From NCBI GenBank assembly GCA_046314755.1, contig JBKDBG010000002.1, positions 14,765-78,764 on the forward strand: 64,000 bases of DNA, written 5' to 3'. Each line of letters starts with the position of its first letter. Within the stretch, counting starts at the first letter, position 1. The DNA is from Bacteroidota bacterium (GTDB lineage Bacteria; Bacteroidota; Bacteroidia; UKL13-3). The position numbers and the translations under genes were made by a program. The notes under the pieces are model-generated. The model searched no databases. It was not told the origin of the DNA and saw nothing but the letters and a program-made list of their open reading frames with translations. Shown piece after piece: positions 9,171 to 18,921 of the stretch.

Positions 9171-10424
9171 ATGGATATTTTCGAGAAGCTACAGAAAAAA
9201 GCCGGTCCTTTAGGACAACATGCTGATGAATCTTACGGATATTATATGTTTCCTCGTTTAGAGGGAGAAATTGGTCCGAGAATGAAGTTTAGAGGGAAGG
9301 AAATGTTGAATTGGAGTTTGAACAACTACTTAGGTTTAGCCAATCATCCTGAAGTGAGAAAAGCAGATGCGGAAGCGGCTGCTGAATATGGTTTGGCTTA
9401 CCCTATGGGGGCCCGTATGATGAGCGGTAACTCTGTTTATCATGAACAACTTGATAAAGAATTAGCCGATTTTGTAGGTAAAGAAGATGCTGTATTGCTC
9501 AACTATGGTTACCAAGGAATGGTTAGTACAATTGATGCCCTAGTTGACAGGCATGATGTGATTGTATATGATGCAGAAAGCCATGCTTGTATAGTTGATG
9601 GAGTTCGTTTGCACATGGGCAAACGTTTTATTTATAAGCATAATGATGCAGCAAGTTTAGAACAACAGTTGCAACGTGCTAAAAAAATTACCGATGAAAC
9701 CGGTGGTGGAATTTTAGTAATTAGCGAAGGCGTATTTGGAATGACCGGTGCACAAGGAAATATTGCTGAAATTGTTGCCTTAAAATCTAAATACAATTTC
9801 CGTTTATTCGTAGATGATGCACACGGGTTTGGTTCAATAGGTAAAGAGGGAAGAGGAATTGGATTTGAACAAAATTGTAACGATGGGATTGATATATACT
9901 TCGGAACTTTTGCTAAAAGTATGGCCTTAGTTGGTGGTTTTATTGCTGCTAAAAAAGAGGTGGTGAAGTTTTTAAGATACAATCTTCGCTCTCAAATTTA
10001 TGCTAAATCATTGCCTATGGCCATGGTGAAGGGTGCGTTAAAACGTTTGGAATTAATTAGAAATCACCCGGAATATAAAGAGCAGTTATGGACCATTGTT
10101 AAAGCTTTACAAAACGGTTTGCGTGAACAAGGATTTGATATTGGAAAAACAAATTCATGCGTTACCCCGGTAATGATGAAAGGTTCATTACCTGAGGCTA
10201 CTGCAGTTGTGCATGATTTGCGTGAGAACTATGGTATTTTCTGCTCGGTTGTGGTGTATCCGGTTATTCCAAAAGGAATGATTTTATTACGTTTAATTCC
10301 TACTGCTGCGCATACCTTGCAAGATGTTGAAACTACCATTCATGCATTTAGTGCAATAAGATCTAAACTTGCTGACGGTAGTTATAAAGTTGATAGTTTA
10401 GTAGACATGGGAGAGGCGCATTAA
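9171..10424 (+). CDS. PLP-dependent alpha-oxoamine synthase family acyltransferase (KBL/AONS/serine-palmitoyltransferase-like)
   Basis: 417 aa. LNWSLNNYLGL, VDDAHGFG and the FGTFAKSMA (PLP-lysine) motifs of the alpha-oxoamine synthase family. Confidence 0.85.
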   Translation: MDIFEKLQKKAGPLGQHADESYGYYMFPRLEGEIGPRMKFRGKEMLNWSLNNYLGLANHPEVRKADAEAAAEYGLAYPMGARMMSGNSVYHEQLDKELADFVGKEDAVLLNYGYQGMVSTIDALVDRHDVIVYDAESHACIVDGVRLHMGKRFIYKHNDAASLEQQLQRAKKITDETGGGILVISEGVFGMTGAQGNIAEIVALKSKYNFRLFVDDAHGFGSIGKEGRGIGFEQNCNDGIDIYFGTFAKSMALVGGFIAAKKEVVKFLRYNLRSQIYAKSLPMAMVKGALKRLELIRNHPEYKEQLWTIVKALQNGLREQGFDIGKTNSCVTPVMMKGSLPEATAVVHDLRENYGIFCSVVVYPVIPKGMILLRLIPTAAHTLQDVETTIHAFSAIRSKLADGSYKVDSLVDMGEAH

Positions 10425-10444
10425 TAACATATTTTCGAAATAAA

Positions 10445-10479
10445 GAAGGCCGCAACGCAGTTGCGGCCTTCTTTATTTT
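10445..10479. terminator. bidirectional terminator between convergent genes
   Basis: GAAGGCCGCAAC-gca-GTTGCGGCCTTC, flanked by an A-run and a T-run. Confidence 0.85.
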
Positions 10480-10493
10480 AGCACCGATTTAAA

Positions 10494-11420
10494 TTAATCT
10501 TTTTGCATATCAAACTCTTTTAACATGCCGGGTTGTTTCTCCCATACGCCTGTTTTTTTGTTGAATTTATAAAAGTCGTAACTGCCATCCGGAACATATG
10601 TTTCAGGCTTGCCATAATCTTGTACCCTTGGTGGCGCAACATTTTCTTGCACCAAAATATTCTTGTCTTTCTCAAACCTTAATACCATGTTCGCCCGGTT
10701 GTTGTATTCAAACACCATACGTTTCAATGGTTTTTTATATCGGTTATCTTTCAAGTCAAAAATAGGTGCACCAAAAAATGGTTGGTTGTTTTCAAAATAT
10801 AAACTCTCCACAATTTTTCTATTGGTCATTTGCGTATTTCCATCCCAACCAATTAGGGTGTAATAATTTTTCTTTTTATAAGTACTTACTTCTATGGCAT
10901 AATACAAGGCTCCAAACCAACATTCGCTTGAAACAGTTGTATCCATCACATTTTTTATTCTGTCCGACTTATCAATTAAAGGATAGTACGCCCTTAAGTT
11001 TGTTGTGTCTTTCAATTTTTTCATCGCATCCGGATTTAGTTGTATCACACCATAGTTGCGATAGGATTCATTGTCTAATGCCAAATTCCAAGTGATGATT
11101 CGGAAATAATTATCGGGTGCATACAACACCGATATATTTTTGATGGTGTCAAAATTATAGAAGTACGAATTTTCAATGCGTAAAGCACGAATAAAGGTTT
11201 TGATAAAATGATATCCTGAGGTGAGTCTTTCTTCTTCATCCAACGAAGTTACCATACGTTTACCTAGCGCTTCTAAACGTATTTCTAAATCATGCAAACT
11301 ATCCAATTGCAAAGAATCAATTCTTGAATAATCATTGAATTTTTTTTGCGCATGCACTTGTTGGCTGCTTCCTAAATTAAATACAATAGCAAGAAGTATG
11401 AAGTACTTTAACCAATTCAT
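10494..11420 (-). CDS. hypothetical secreted protein
   Basis: The ORF track starts at 11528, but that extension reads through the thiolase terminator hairpin. The ATG at 11420 gives MNWLKYFILLAIVFNLGSSQQVHA, a plausible signal peptide. No recognisable family. Confidence 0.6.
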   Translation of the reverse strand: MNWLKYFILLAIVFNLGSSQQVHAQKKFNDYSRIDSLQLDSLHDLEIRLEALGKRMVTSLDEEERLTSGYHFIKTFIRALRIENSYFYNFDTIKNISVLYAPDNYFRIITWNLALDNESYRNYGVIQLNPDAMKKLKDTTNLRAYYPLIDKSDRIKNVMDTTVSSECWFGALYYAIEVSTYKKKNYYTLIGWDGNTQMTNRKIVESLYFENNQPFFGAPIFDLKDNRYKKPLKRMVFEYNNRANMVLRFEKDKNILVQENVAPPRVQDYGKPETYVPDGSYDFYKFNKKTGVWEKQPGMLKEFDMQKD

Positions 11421-11485
11421 GCGGTAAATATGCAAAATATTTATGAGCATAACGCTAAGCTGTTTTATTTGGTGTTTTGAGTCAT

Positions 11486-11515
11486 AAAAAAAGCGGATCA
11501 AAAAAATTGACCCGC
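11486..11515 (-). terminator. terminator after the thiolase gene
   Basis: On the minus strand, GCGGGTCA-attttttt-TGATCCGC is followed by TTTTTT. Confidence 0.7.
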
Positions 11516-11540
11516 TTTTCTTTTCCATTAAATCAATTAG

Positions 11541-12719
11541 TTATACTTTTTTGATTACAATAGCAGAAGCACCGCCTCCGCCATTACAAATACCAATTGC
11601 TCCAATACTTCCACCTTCATTATGTAATACACTGGTTAAGGTGGTTAAAATTCTTGAACCACTGCTTCCCAATGCATGGCCTAATGCAATAGCTCCACCA
11701 TAAACATTTACTTTTTTATTGTCTAATCCCAACAAACGATTATTAATAATACCAACTACCGCAAATGCTTCATTAAATTCAAAATAATCAACATCATTTG
11801 CTGTAATACCTGCCATTTTTAAAGCTTTAGGTACAGCTAATGCAGGAGCCGTAGTAAACCACTCCGGTTGGTGTGCGGCATCTGCAAATCCAATAATTTG
11901 CGCAAGTGGTTTCAACCCTAATTCTTTTACCTTATCACCACTCATTAATACCAATGCACTTGCTCCATCACTTAATGGAGAAGCATTTGCGGCAGTAATT
12001 GAACCGCTTTTATCGAAAACCGGTTTTAAGGTTTTCATTTTATCGAAGTTGATTTTAGTGTATTGTTCATCTTCATTCAACACAATCGGGTCTTTTCCTC
12101 TTACCGGAATTTCCACAGGAACAATTTCATTGGCAAACGCATTCTTTTCAAACGCAGCTTTTGCCTTTACGTAACTTTCAATTGCAAATGCATCTTGTTC
12201 TTCACGTGTAATTTGGTGCTCACGTGCACACAATTCACCGGCATTACCCATGTGAAAATCATTATACACATCCCACAAACCATCTTTTACTAAACCATCT
12301 TGAATTTGTCCGTGACCTAAGCGATAGCCATTACGTGCTTTATCTAAGTAGTAAGGCACGTTGCTCATGCTTTCCATACCACCGGCAACCACCACATCAT
12401 TTTGGCCAAGCATAATGCTTTGTGCTGCAAGCATTACTGATTTGCTGCCACTCGCGCATACTTTATTAATGGTTGTTGAAGGAACGGTGTTTGGAATTCC
12501 CGCTGCAATCATTGCTTGCGTGGCAGGTGCTTGTCCTAAGCCTGCACTTAGCACATTTCCCATAAACACTTCATTTACCAATTCCGGTGTAATTCCGGCT
12601 TTTTGCAATGCTCCTTTAATGGCAATTGCGCCAAGTTGAGGAGCAGTAAATCCTGATAATGCTCCACCAAAAGTGCCTACAGGTGTGCGGGCAACTGAAA
12701 CAATAAAAACTTCTTTCAT
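11541..12719 (-). CDS. acetyl-CoA C-acetyltransferase (thiolase II)
   Basis: 392 aa. Thiolase motifs: INKVCASGSK (active Cys), NEAFA, GGAIALGHALGSSG and ICNGGGGA. Confidence 0.9.
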   Translation of the reverse strand: MKEVFIVSVARTPVGTFGGALSGFTAPQLGAIAIKGALQKAGITPELVNEVFMGNVLSAGLGQAPATQAMIAAGIPNTVPSTTINKVCASGSKSVMLAAQSIMLGQNDVVVAGGMESMSNVPYYLDKARNGYRLGHGQIQDGLVKDGLWDVYNDFHMGNAGELCAREHQITREEQDAFAIESYVKAKAAFEKNAFANEIVPVEIPVRGKDPIVLNEDEQYTKINFDKMKTLKPVFDKSGSITAANASPLSDGASALVLMSGDKVKELGLKPLAQIIGFADAAHQPEWFTTAPALAVPKALKMAGITANDVDYFEFNEAFAVVGIINNRLLGLDNKKVNVYGGAIALGHALGSSGSRILTTLTSVLHNEGGSIGAIGICNGGGGASAIVIKKV

Positions 12720-12855
12720 GTGTGTGTTTGTTTATTGATAAGCAGTTGGCTTATCCATTAATACTGTTTAATTTGAATGCGGCAAATGTAGCTATTTTAT
12801 GCATTTGCGCTATTTTATTTTTAGGTTGAATAGTTATTGACTTAATTCGTATTTC

Positions 12856-13632
12856 ATGAAATTTTCGAGGGCTTTTGTTTATGGCGATTTGTTGTTTGAA
12901 ACTATGCGGTTTCATCAAGGCAGAATTATTAATTTAAAATATCATTTTCAGCGACTTACGCAAGGTGCCTCAACGCTTGGATTTTTACTGCCAAATGAAT
13001 GGAGTGAGGAATTATTTTCACAACAAATTCAGCGTGAAATTCCTAATGAAAACCATAATTACCGAATACGTTATGTGTTATACCGCGATGGTGAAGGATT
13101 TTACCATCCTGAAAATCCGCAAGTGGGTTACATAGTTGAATACTTTGATGCACCTGCTTTGAAAACCCATATTGCTTATTGCGGAATTTATCATGAAAAT
13201 AAAAAAGCGGTTTCACCATTGGGTAATTTAAAATCGGGGAATGCTTTAATTTATGTGGAAGCTGCACGTTTTGCCAAGCAGAAAAAATGGAATGATGCGT
13301 TTATTTTAAATACCGATAATACGATTATTGAGGCTACCTCAAGTAATCTGTTTTGGATACAAGAGGGGAACTTTTTTACGGTTCCTCTCCAACAAGCCCC
13401 GGTAGCCGGAGTAATGCGTGCGTTTGTGCTGGATTACCTCAAACAAAATGGAATTGATGTGACAGAAAAGCCGCTCTCCCTCCAATCTCTCCAACAAATG
13501 GATGCTTGCTTTCTAACCAATAGTATTCAACCTTGGGTTTGGGTAAATGAAACGGAAGGAATTTGTTTTGAGCCACCCACCGCTGCAATAGCTTTGCAAC
13601 AAGAGATATTTGCGGCTTTAGACTTAAAGTAA
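12856..13632 (+). CDS. class IV aminotransferase fold protein (aminodeoxychorismate lyase-like)
   Basis: 258 aa. GDLLFETMR.. at the N-terminus, LKSGNAL, and a fold-type IV-like layout (EATSSNLFWI..G.FFTVP). Confidence 0.6.
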   Translation: MKFSRAFVYGDLLFETMRFHQGRIINLKYHFQRLTQGASTLGFLLPNEWSEELFSQQIQREIPNENHNYRIRYVLYRDGEGFYHPENPQVGYIVEYFDAPALKTHIAYCGIYHENKKAVSPLGNLKSGNALIYVEAARFAKQKKWNDAFILNTDNTIIEATSSNLFWIQEGNFFTVPLQQAPVAGVMRAFVLDYLKQNGIDVTEKPLSLQSLQQMDACFLTNSIQPWVWVNETEGICFEPPTAAIALQQEIFAALDLK

Positions 13633-13681
13633 ACCACAAATAATTAATCAGGAAATGTATTTTCGCTACTTTATTTAATTT

Positions 13682-15841
13682 ATGAAAAAGTTATATACGC
13701 TGTTTTTGTTAACGATTGGAGGGGTGTTGCTTAGTGCGCATACCCTTAAAAAAACAGATGAGGGAATGTTTCCTTTATCTGAAATCAAACATATTGATTT
13801 ACAAAAAGCCGGTTTAAAAATTAGTGCACAAGAACTTTACAATCCCAATGGTACAAGTTTAATTGATGCCATTGTTCGTGTTGGCGGTTGTACAGGCTCT
13901 TTCTTAAGTGCCGAAGGTTTAATAGTAACCAATCACCATTGTGCATTTAGCTTTGTTCAAGCCATTAGTGATGTTAAAAACGATTATATTAAAAATGGTT
14001 TCTTGGCCCAAAATCGACAACAAGAAGTGCCTGCAAAAGGCTTGGTATGTAAAATTACAGCTTCTTATAAAGATGTTTCTAATGACGTACTTGCAGGAAC
14101 TGAAAATGTGGAGGGTTCTGCTCGCCTCAAATTGATTGCAGAAAATATTAAACGAATTACCGAAGAGGAAAACAAAGCCAACAAGGATTTACAATGCGAA
14201 ATTTCCGAAATGTTTACGGGAAAAACGTACGTGTTGTTTCGCTATAAGTTGTTAAAAGACGTTCGCTTGGTTTATGTGCCACCGGTAAGTATTGGTTCGT
14301 ATGGCGGTGAACTTGATAACTGGGTTTGGCCGCGACACAGTGGAGATTTTGCCTTCTTAAGAGCTTATGTAGCACCTGATGGAAGTGCCGCAGAATACAA
14401 TGAAAAAAATGTGCCTTATAAACCTGTACAATACTTAAAGGTAAATGCCAAAGGGGTTAATGAAGATGATTTTGTTTTTATTTTAGGATATCCCGGACGT
14501 ACCTACCGGCACCAACCCGCAGGTTTTTATGAGTATCACCAAAAATATTTGTTAAGCTACATCAGTAATTTGTTTGATTGGCAAATTAACTACATGGAAC
14601 AATTGGGTAAAAAAGACTATGCTTTAAATATTAAGTATGCTGCTAAAATTAAAAGTTTAGCCAATACCACCAAAAACTTTAAAGGAAAACTACAAGGTTT
14701 TGAAAGAGCCAATTTAACGGCAAAAAAACGTGAAGAAGAAAAACAACTTCAAAACTTTATCATATCTAATAAAGATTTGGCAGCCAAGTACGGCAATGTG
14801 TTGCCACGTATCAATGAGTTGTACAATGAATTGATGACAGTGGCTTCTCGCAATTTATGGTTAGATCAAATCTATAACTTATCACCGGCACTGCATGCAT
14901 CGGCTATTCTTCATCAATACCAAATGGCTTACAATAAATTGCCTAAAAAGGAGCGTAAGCATTTTATTGAAACCCAGCTGCCTAATTTAAAAAAGGATTT
15001 AGCTAAGGCTTTAGGTCGTTATGATGCACAGTTGGATAAAGATGCCATGGTTAAAATGCTGAGCGATGCGGCATGGTTAACCGGTAAAAATTCACTCTCA
15101 TCTGTACAAAAGTTGCTGGAAGGGAAATCCTCCACTATTCAAATTCAACAATTGGCTGAAAGATGGTTTACCCAATCAAAACTTACTAATGCCAAATGGG
15201 TAAATGAAATGTTAGAGAAATCACCTGCGAAATTGCTCACTTATGAAGATGATATGATGGTGTTTGCTGCGGAGTTAAATGAAGAGTTATTAAAGTTTGA
15301 TGCAGAGGATTTGAAACGTGATGGTGAATTGAACAAATTGATGGCAAGTTTGGTTGAAGTTAAACAGTTGTGGTTAAACAAATCATTTATTCCTGATGCC
15401 AATGCTACCTTACGTTTTACTTTCGGACATATCAAAGGGTATTCTCCTAATGATGGTATTTATGCAAAACCATTCACTACATTAAAAGGTGTAATTGAAA
15501 AAAGCGACACCTTAGAATACCAACTGTTGGATGTAATTCGTGAGTTGTATGCCATGAAAGATTATGGTGATTTTATTCATCCGGGATTGAATGATTTGCC
15601 TATTAACATTTTGTACAATTTAGATACAACAGGCGGCAACAGCGGAAGTCCGGTGTTAAATAACAAAGGCGAGTTAATTGGAATCAATTTTGACAGGGCA
15701 TTTACGGCTACCATTAACGATTATGCTTGGAATGAAACGTATAGTCGCAGTGTAGGTGTTGATATCAGATACGTGTTATGGGTATTGCAAAAAGTTGCGA
15801 AGGCAAACCATGTATTAAATGAATTTACCTATGTGAGGTAG
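13682..15841 (+). CDS. S46 family dipeptidyl-peptidase (DPP7/DPP11-like)
   Basis: 719 aa with a signal peptide. Chymotrypsin-fold catalytic segments TNHHCA (His) and GGNSGSPV (Ser) are split by a long helical insert, as in peptidase S46. Confidence 0.85.
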   Translation: MKKLYTLFLLTIGGVLLSAHTLKKTDEGMFPLSEIKHIDLQKAGLKISAQELYNPNGTSLIDAIVRVGGCTGSFLSAEGLIVTNHHCAFSFVQAISDVKNDYIKNGFLAQNRQQEVPAKGLVCKITASYKDVSNDVLAGTENVEGSARLKLIAENIKRITEEENKANKDLQCEISEMFTGKTYVLFRYKLLKDVRLVYVPPVSIGSYGGELDNWVWPRHSGDFAFLRAYVAPDGSAAEYNEKNVPYKPVQYLKVNAKGVNEDDFVFILGYPGRTYRHQPAGFYEYHQKYLLSYISNLFDWQINYMEQLGKKDYALNIKYAAKIKSLANTTKNFKGKLQGFERANLTAKKREEEKQLQNFIISNKDLAAKYGNVLPRINELYNELMTVASRNLWLDQIYNLSPALHASAILHQYQMAYNKLPKKERKHFIETQLPNLKKDLAKALGRYDAQLDKDAMVKMLSDAAWLTGKNSLSSVQKLLEGKSSTIQIQQLAERWFTQSKLTNAKWVNEMLEKSPAKLLTYEDDMMVFAAELNEELLKFDAEDLKRDGELNKLMASLVEVKQLWLNKSFIPDANATLRFTFGHIKGYSPNDGIYAKPFTTLKGVIEKSDTLEYQLLDVIRELYAMKDYGDFIHPGLNDLPINILYNLDTTGGNSGSPVLNNKGELIGINFDRAFTATINDYAWNETYSRSVGVDIRYVLWVLQKVAKANHVLNEFTYVR

Positions 15842-15864
15842 GCAAACCATAAACAGATTATAAA

Positions 15865-15903
15865 AGAAAAAAGGTCGCAGTGAAAAACTTGCGACCTTTT
15901 TTT
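15865..15903. terminator. bidirectional terminator (S46 peptidase / OMP cluster)
   Basis: AAAAAAAA-GGTCGCA-gtgaaaaact-TGCGACC-TTTTTTT. Confidence 0.8.
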
Positions 15904-15916
15904 GTGTAAGTAATTA

Positions 15917-16579
15917 TTAGTAAGCAATACCAAAAGTTACTCCGCCTCTAATACCATAACCACTTAAGTAGGCATTATTAATGCCGAGTCCCAAATAATT
16001 GTCTTGGTCAAAGTCCGATGTGGTAGAGCCATTTTTATCGGTAAGCCTTTTATCAATCATGATTAAATAAGTAAGACCTGCAAAAAAATCAACCGTGAAT
16101 TTATCTTTAATGAGGTATTGATGCCCTACCATAATCCCAAACCCCCCGGATTGGAAGTTACTCTTAAAATCAAATGTTGGAGGATTATTTCCGTTTAACA
16201 TTTCTTTTTTTCTTTCAAATTGGTGATACCTCACAAATGGTGAAATGTAACTGCCTGAAACACCTGCACCGGTTAAGTTATAACGGTATTCAAAGTTAAG
16301 TGAAATCCCTTGGGTACGATCATCCGAGTTGTCGCTTTTAACATAAGCATCCCAAAAACCCGATGATGAACTGTAATTCATAATGGAGGCCGTAACCTGC
16401 CATGATTTTACAGGCGTAAAATGATGTTGATACCCCATAGTTAGCGTACCGTAAGCCGGGCTTAATAAATTAATTTTTATGGCATTATTTTTAATAGGCG
16501 GAAAGTTGTTTTTACGTTGTGCCCACGTATTATTTGCCAATGCAACAAGTAGTATTAAAATAACGATATACTTTTTCAT
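15917..16579 (-). CDS. small outer-membrane beta-barrel protein (paralogue 3 of 3)
   Basis: 220 aa. Signal peptide ..ANNTWAQ, alternating hydrophobic beta-strand pattern, and a C-terminal GVTFGIAY ending in an aromatic residue. Confidence 0.6.
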   Translation of the reverse strand: MKKYIVILILLVALANNTWAQRKNNFPPIKNNAIKINLLSPAYGTLTMGYQHHFTPVKSWQVTASIMNYSSSSGFWDAYVKSDNSDDRTQGISLNFEYRYNLTGAGVSGSYISPFVRYHQFERKKEMLNGNNPPTFDFKSNFQSGGFGIMVGHQYLIKDKFTVDFFAGLTYLIMIDKRLTDKNGSTTSDFDQDNYLGLGINNAYLSGYGIRGGVTFGIAY

Positions 16580-16588
16580 AATTGAGTA

Positions 16589-17245
16589 TTAGAATGAGAA
16601 ACCTACGTTAACACCTGCTCTTAAACCAAGGCCGGTAAGGTAAAAATTAGGAATGTTTCTGGCTAAATAATCATTTTCTAATTTAGCCTCTTGATTGGTA
16701 GTGACATTGCGGGCTGACCTGTTGTTTGTGATTAAGAATTGATACGAAGGCCCCACAAACATGTCTAAACTTATCATTTTATACACCTGAATGTTTTTAC
16801 CGAAAATTACACCTCCGCCAATGGAAGTAAATGTTCCTTCTTCTTTAATTTGTTTCAACCCTATGGGTGTTTGCGACCAATACACATAATCGTCCCATAT
16901 CTCTGCATCTTTTTTATAAGTCATAAATCTTCCAAAACCTCCAATATAAAATGAATTTAAAAATGGATCATTTGAAATACTGTATTTGTAGTCAAAAGTT
17001 AGGGCAATCCCATTTACCTTATTGGTGTAATTAAAATACTCTTCAAACCTGCTGAAATCGTTAAAGTCCATGTAGCTAAAGCCAATTTGAAAGGCTTGAT
17101 CCGATTTGGTTTCTCGTTGATAGGAAATGTTAAATGTGTTATAAACGGCACTTAATAAATTTAATTTTACGGTTTCAGTTTGTGCATACATTTTATTTCC
17201 TGCACAAAACATCACCATCACGAATATGAATTTTTTTGTGTTCAT
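16589..17245 (-). CDS. small outer-membrane beta-barrel protein (paralogue 2 of 3)
   Basis: 218 aa with a signal peptide. It shares the KLNLLS.. start and the C-terminal GVNVGFSF with its neighbours. The gap to the next gene is 9 nt. Confidence 0.6.
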   Translation of the reverse strand: MNTKKFIFVMVMFCAGNKMYAQTETVKLNLLSAVYNTFNISYQRETKSDQAFQIGFSYMDFNDFSRFEEYFNYTNKVNGIALTFDYKYSISNDPFLNSFYIGGFGRFMTYKKDAEIWDDYVYWSQTPIGLKQIKEEGTFTSIGGGVIFGKNIQVYKMISLDMFVGPSYQFLITNNRSARNVTTNQEAKLENDYLARNIPNFYLTGLGLRAGVNVGFSF

Positions 17246-17248
17246 AAG

Positions 17249-17833
17249 TTAAAACTTAAAGCCTAATAATATTCCGCCTCTAAAACTATATCCAGTTACA
17301 AAGATACCTGCTTCATCAATAACTTGTTGCCTTTCAGTGGTACTATTATCCGCTAAACTGTATTGTGGCCCAAGAAAAGTATCAATGTATAAATACTTTA
17401 ACACTTTTATTTGATAACCTAATAAGAGCCCAGGGTTAATAATACCTAAGCTGAAATCATCTTTAGTGTCAAACAATTGTTTGTACCTAAAAAAGGGTTG
17501 CAGATAAATTCCCTGTTCGTTTGATTCTTCTAGATATAACCTGTATTCAAGTCCTAAACCAATCGCCCTCAAGTCGGTTTTAATATTGTTGGTTTGAGGC
17601 AAAAACAAAAAGCCTGAATAAACAATAGAGTGATTAATGGAGGTTCCTCGTTCTATTTGAAAACTAATAGAACCTATCGCAGGACTTAATATGTTTATCT
17701 TGCCAATGGTATATTTTTCAAAGTTGTTACCTTGAAATGGAGAATTTGCATGAGCAGCCGGTTTTAAAATAAAGCATGCTGCCACCCATAAAATGGTGTG
17801 TTTAAAATTCATTATGGCTAAATAGAATTTCAA
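17249..17833 (-). CDS. small outer-membrane beta-barrel protein (paralogue 1 of 3)
   Basis: 194 aa (the start may be the internal ATG at 17812). It has the KINILSP.. start and the C-terminal GILLGFKF. The gap to the next gene is 3 nt. Confidence 0.55.
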   Translation of the reverse strand: MKFYLAIMNFKHTILWVAACFILKPAAHANSPFQGNNFEKYTIGKINILSPAIGSISFQIERGTSINHSIVYSGFLFLPQTNNIKTDLRAIGLGLEYRLYLEESNEQGIYLQPFFRYKQLFDTKDDFSLGIINPGLLLGYQIKVLKYLYIDTFLGPQYSLADNSTTERQQVIDEAGIFVTGYSFRGGILLGFKF

Positions 17834-17892
17834 TATATAAATTGTTTTGAAACAAACCTAAAGTTTAAAGGTTTATTATCTGATTGCAAAAA

Positions 17893-18921
17893 ATGAATTT
17901 AGCAACATCCGACTTAATTATTTTTACAGATCGAGGCATGTATGTTCCTCAGGCGGATGTTTACATCGACCCCTGGAGGTCAGTAGAACGGGCCTTAATC
18001 ACTCATGCTCACAGTGACCATGCACGATGGGGTATGCAACATTATTTGGCGCACCAGCAATCCATTCCAATTTTAAAAAGTCGGCTCGGAATTAACAATT
18101 ATCAAAGCGTAGCATATGGCGAAACCACAACAATAAATGGGGTTAAATTTACCTTTTATCCTGCCGGACACGTTTTAGGTTCATCCCAAATTAAAGTGGA
18201 ATATAAAGGTAATATTTGGGTGGTGAGTGGTGATTACAAATTGGTGAATGACGGTATTTGTACTCCATTTGAACCTGTAAAATGTCATGCGTTTATTACC
18301 GAAAGTACCTTTGGTTTACCGGTCTTCAATTGGAAATCAAACGAGCAGTTAAAGTTGGAGTTGAATGAAATTTGGCGCCTTGCCATTCAGCAAAATAAAT
18401 CGTTGGTGATATTTGCGTATGCCTTAGGAAAAGCCCAAAGGGTATTGCAATTGTTAGATAATTCGTTAGGAAAAGTTTTTGTGCACGGGGCAGTTTACAA
18501 CATGAACGAAGCATGCCAAGAAAGCGGTGTGCAACTCAACGAATATTTAGCTGTAAGTAATGAAAGTAAAAATCACATTTGGAATGGGTCTGCAATTATT
18601 GCACCGCCATCAGCGGCAGGTAGTACGTGGTTGAAAAAGTTTGAACCATACATCACCGTAAATGCAAGTGGTTGGATGGCATTACGAGGTGCACGCAGAA
18701 GATCTGCTGTTGATTATGGATTGGTGATGAGTGACCATGCTGATTGGAATGATTTGAATACGGCAATCAAACAAACCTCTGCCGAAAAAATATTGGTTAC
18801 ACATGGATACAGTGCCATTTTCGCAAAATACCTACGTGAACAAGGTTATGATGCAATAGATGTGAATACGGAATTTAAGGGCGAGTTAACTGACGGTGCA
18901 AAAGAGGAGGAGGTTTCATGA
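17893..18921 (+). CDS. metallo-beta-lactamase/beta-CASP exonuclease (ligase-associated DNA damage response exonuclease type)
   Basis: The ORF opens with TTG at 17884 and the first ATG is at 17893. It has the HAHSDH MBL motif and later SDHAD / THG motifs. Its stop overlaps the ligase start (ATGA). Confidence 0.75.
   Translation: MNLATSDLIIFTDRGMYVPQADVYIDPWRSVERALITHAHSDHARWGMQHYLAHQQSIPILKSRLGINNYQSVAYGETTTINGVKFTFYPAGHVLGSSQIKVEYKGNIWVVSGDYKLVNDGICTPFEPVKCHAFITESTFGLPVFNWKSNEQLKLELNEIWRLAIQQNKSLVIFAYALGKAQRVLQLLDNSLGKVFVHGAVYNMNEACQESGVQLNEYLAVSNESKNHIWNGSAIIAPPSAAGSTWLKKFEPYITVNASGWMALRGARRRSAVDYGLVMSDHADWNDLNTAIKQTSAEKILVTHGYSAIFAKYLREQGYDAIDVNTEFKGELTDGAKEEEVS

Noticed and set aside
10494-11528. 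The long form of the hypothetical secreted protein, starting at 11528.
   Set aside because: The extra 36 codons run through the thiolase terminator hairpin (11486..11515) and precede an obvious signal peptide that starts at the ATG at 11420.
12063-12639. Antisense ORFs of 60-120 aa inside well-supported genes. Examples are 12063..12639 opposite the thiolase, 25318..26582 opposite the RSH gene, 44970..45332 opposite the bacilliredoxin gene, 32171..32464 opposite the LOG gene and 62438..63161 opposite the PaaN-like gene.
   Set aside because: All lie fully within, and opposite to, genes with strong motif evidence. They have low-complexity or Cys/Phe-rich translations typical of shadow ORFs, and no motif support.
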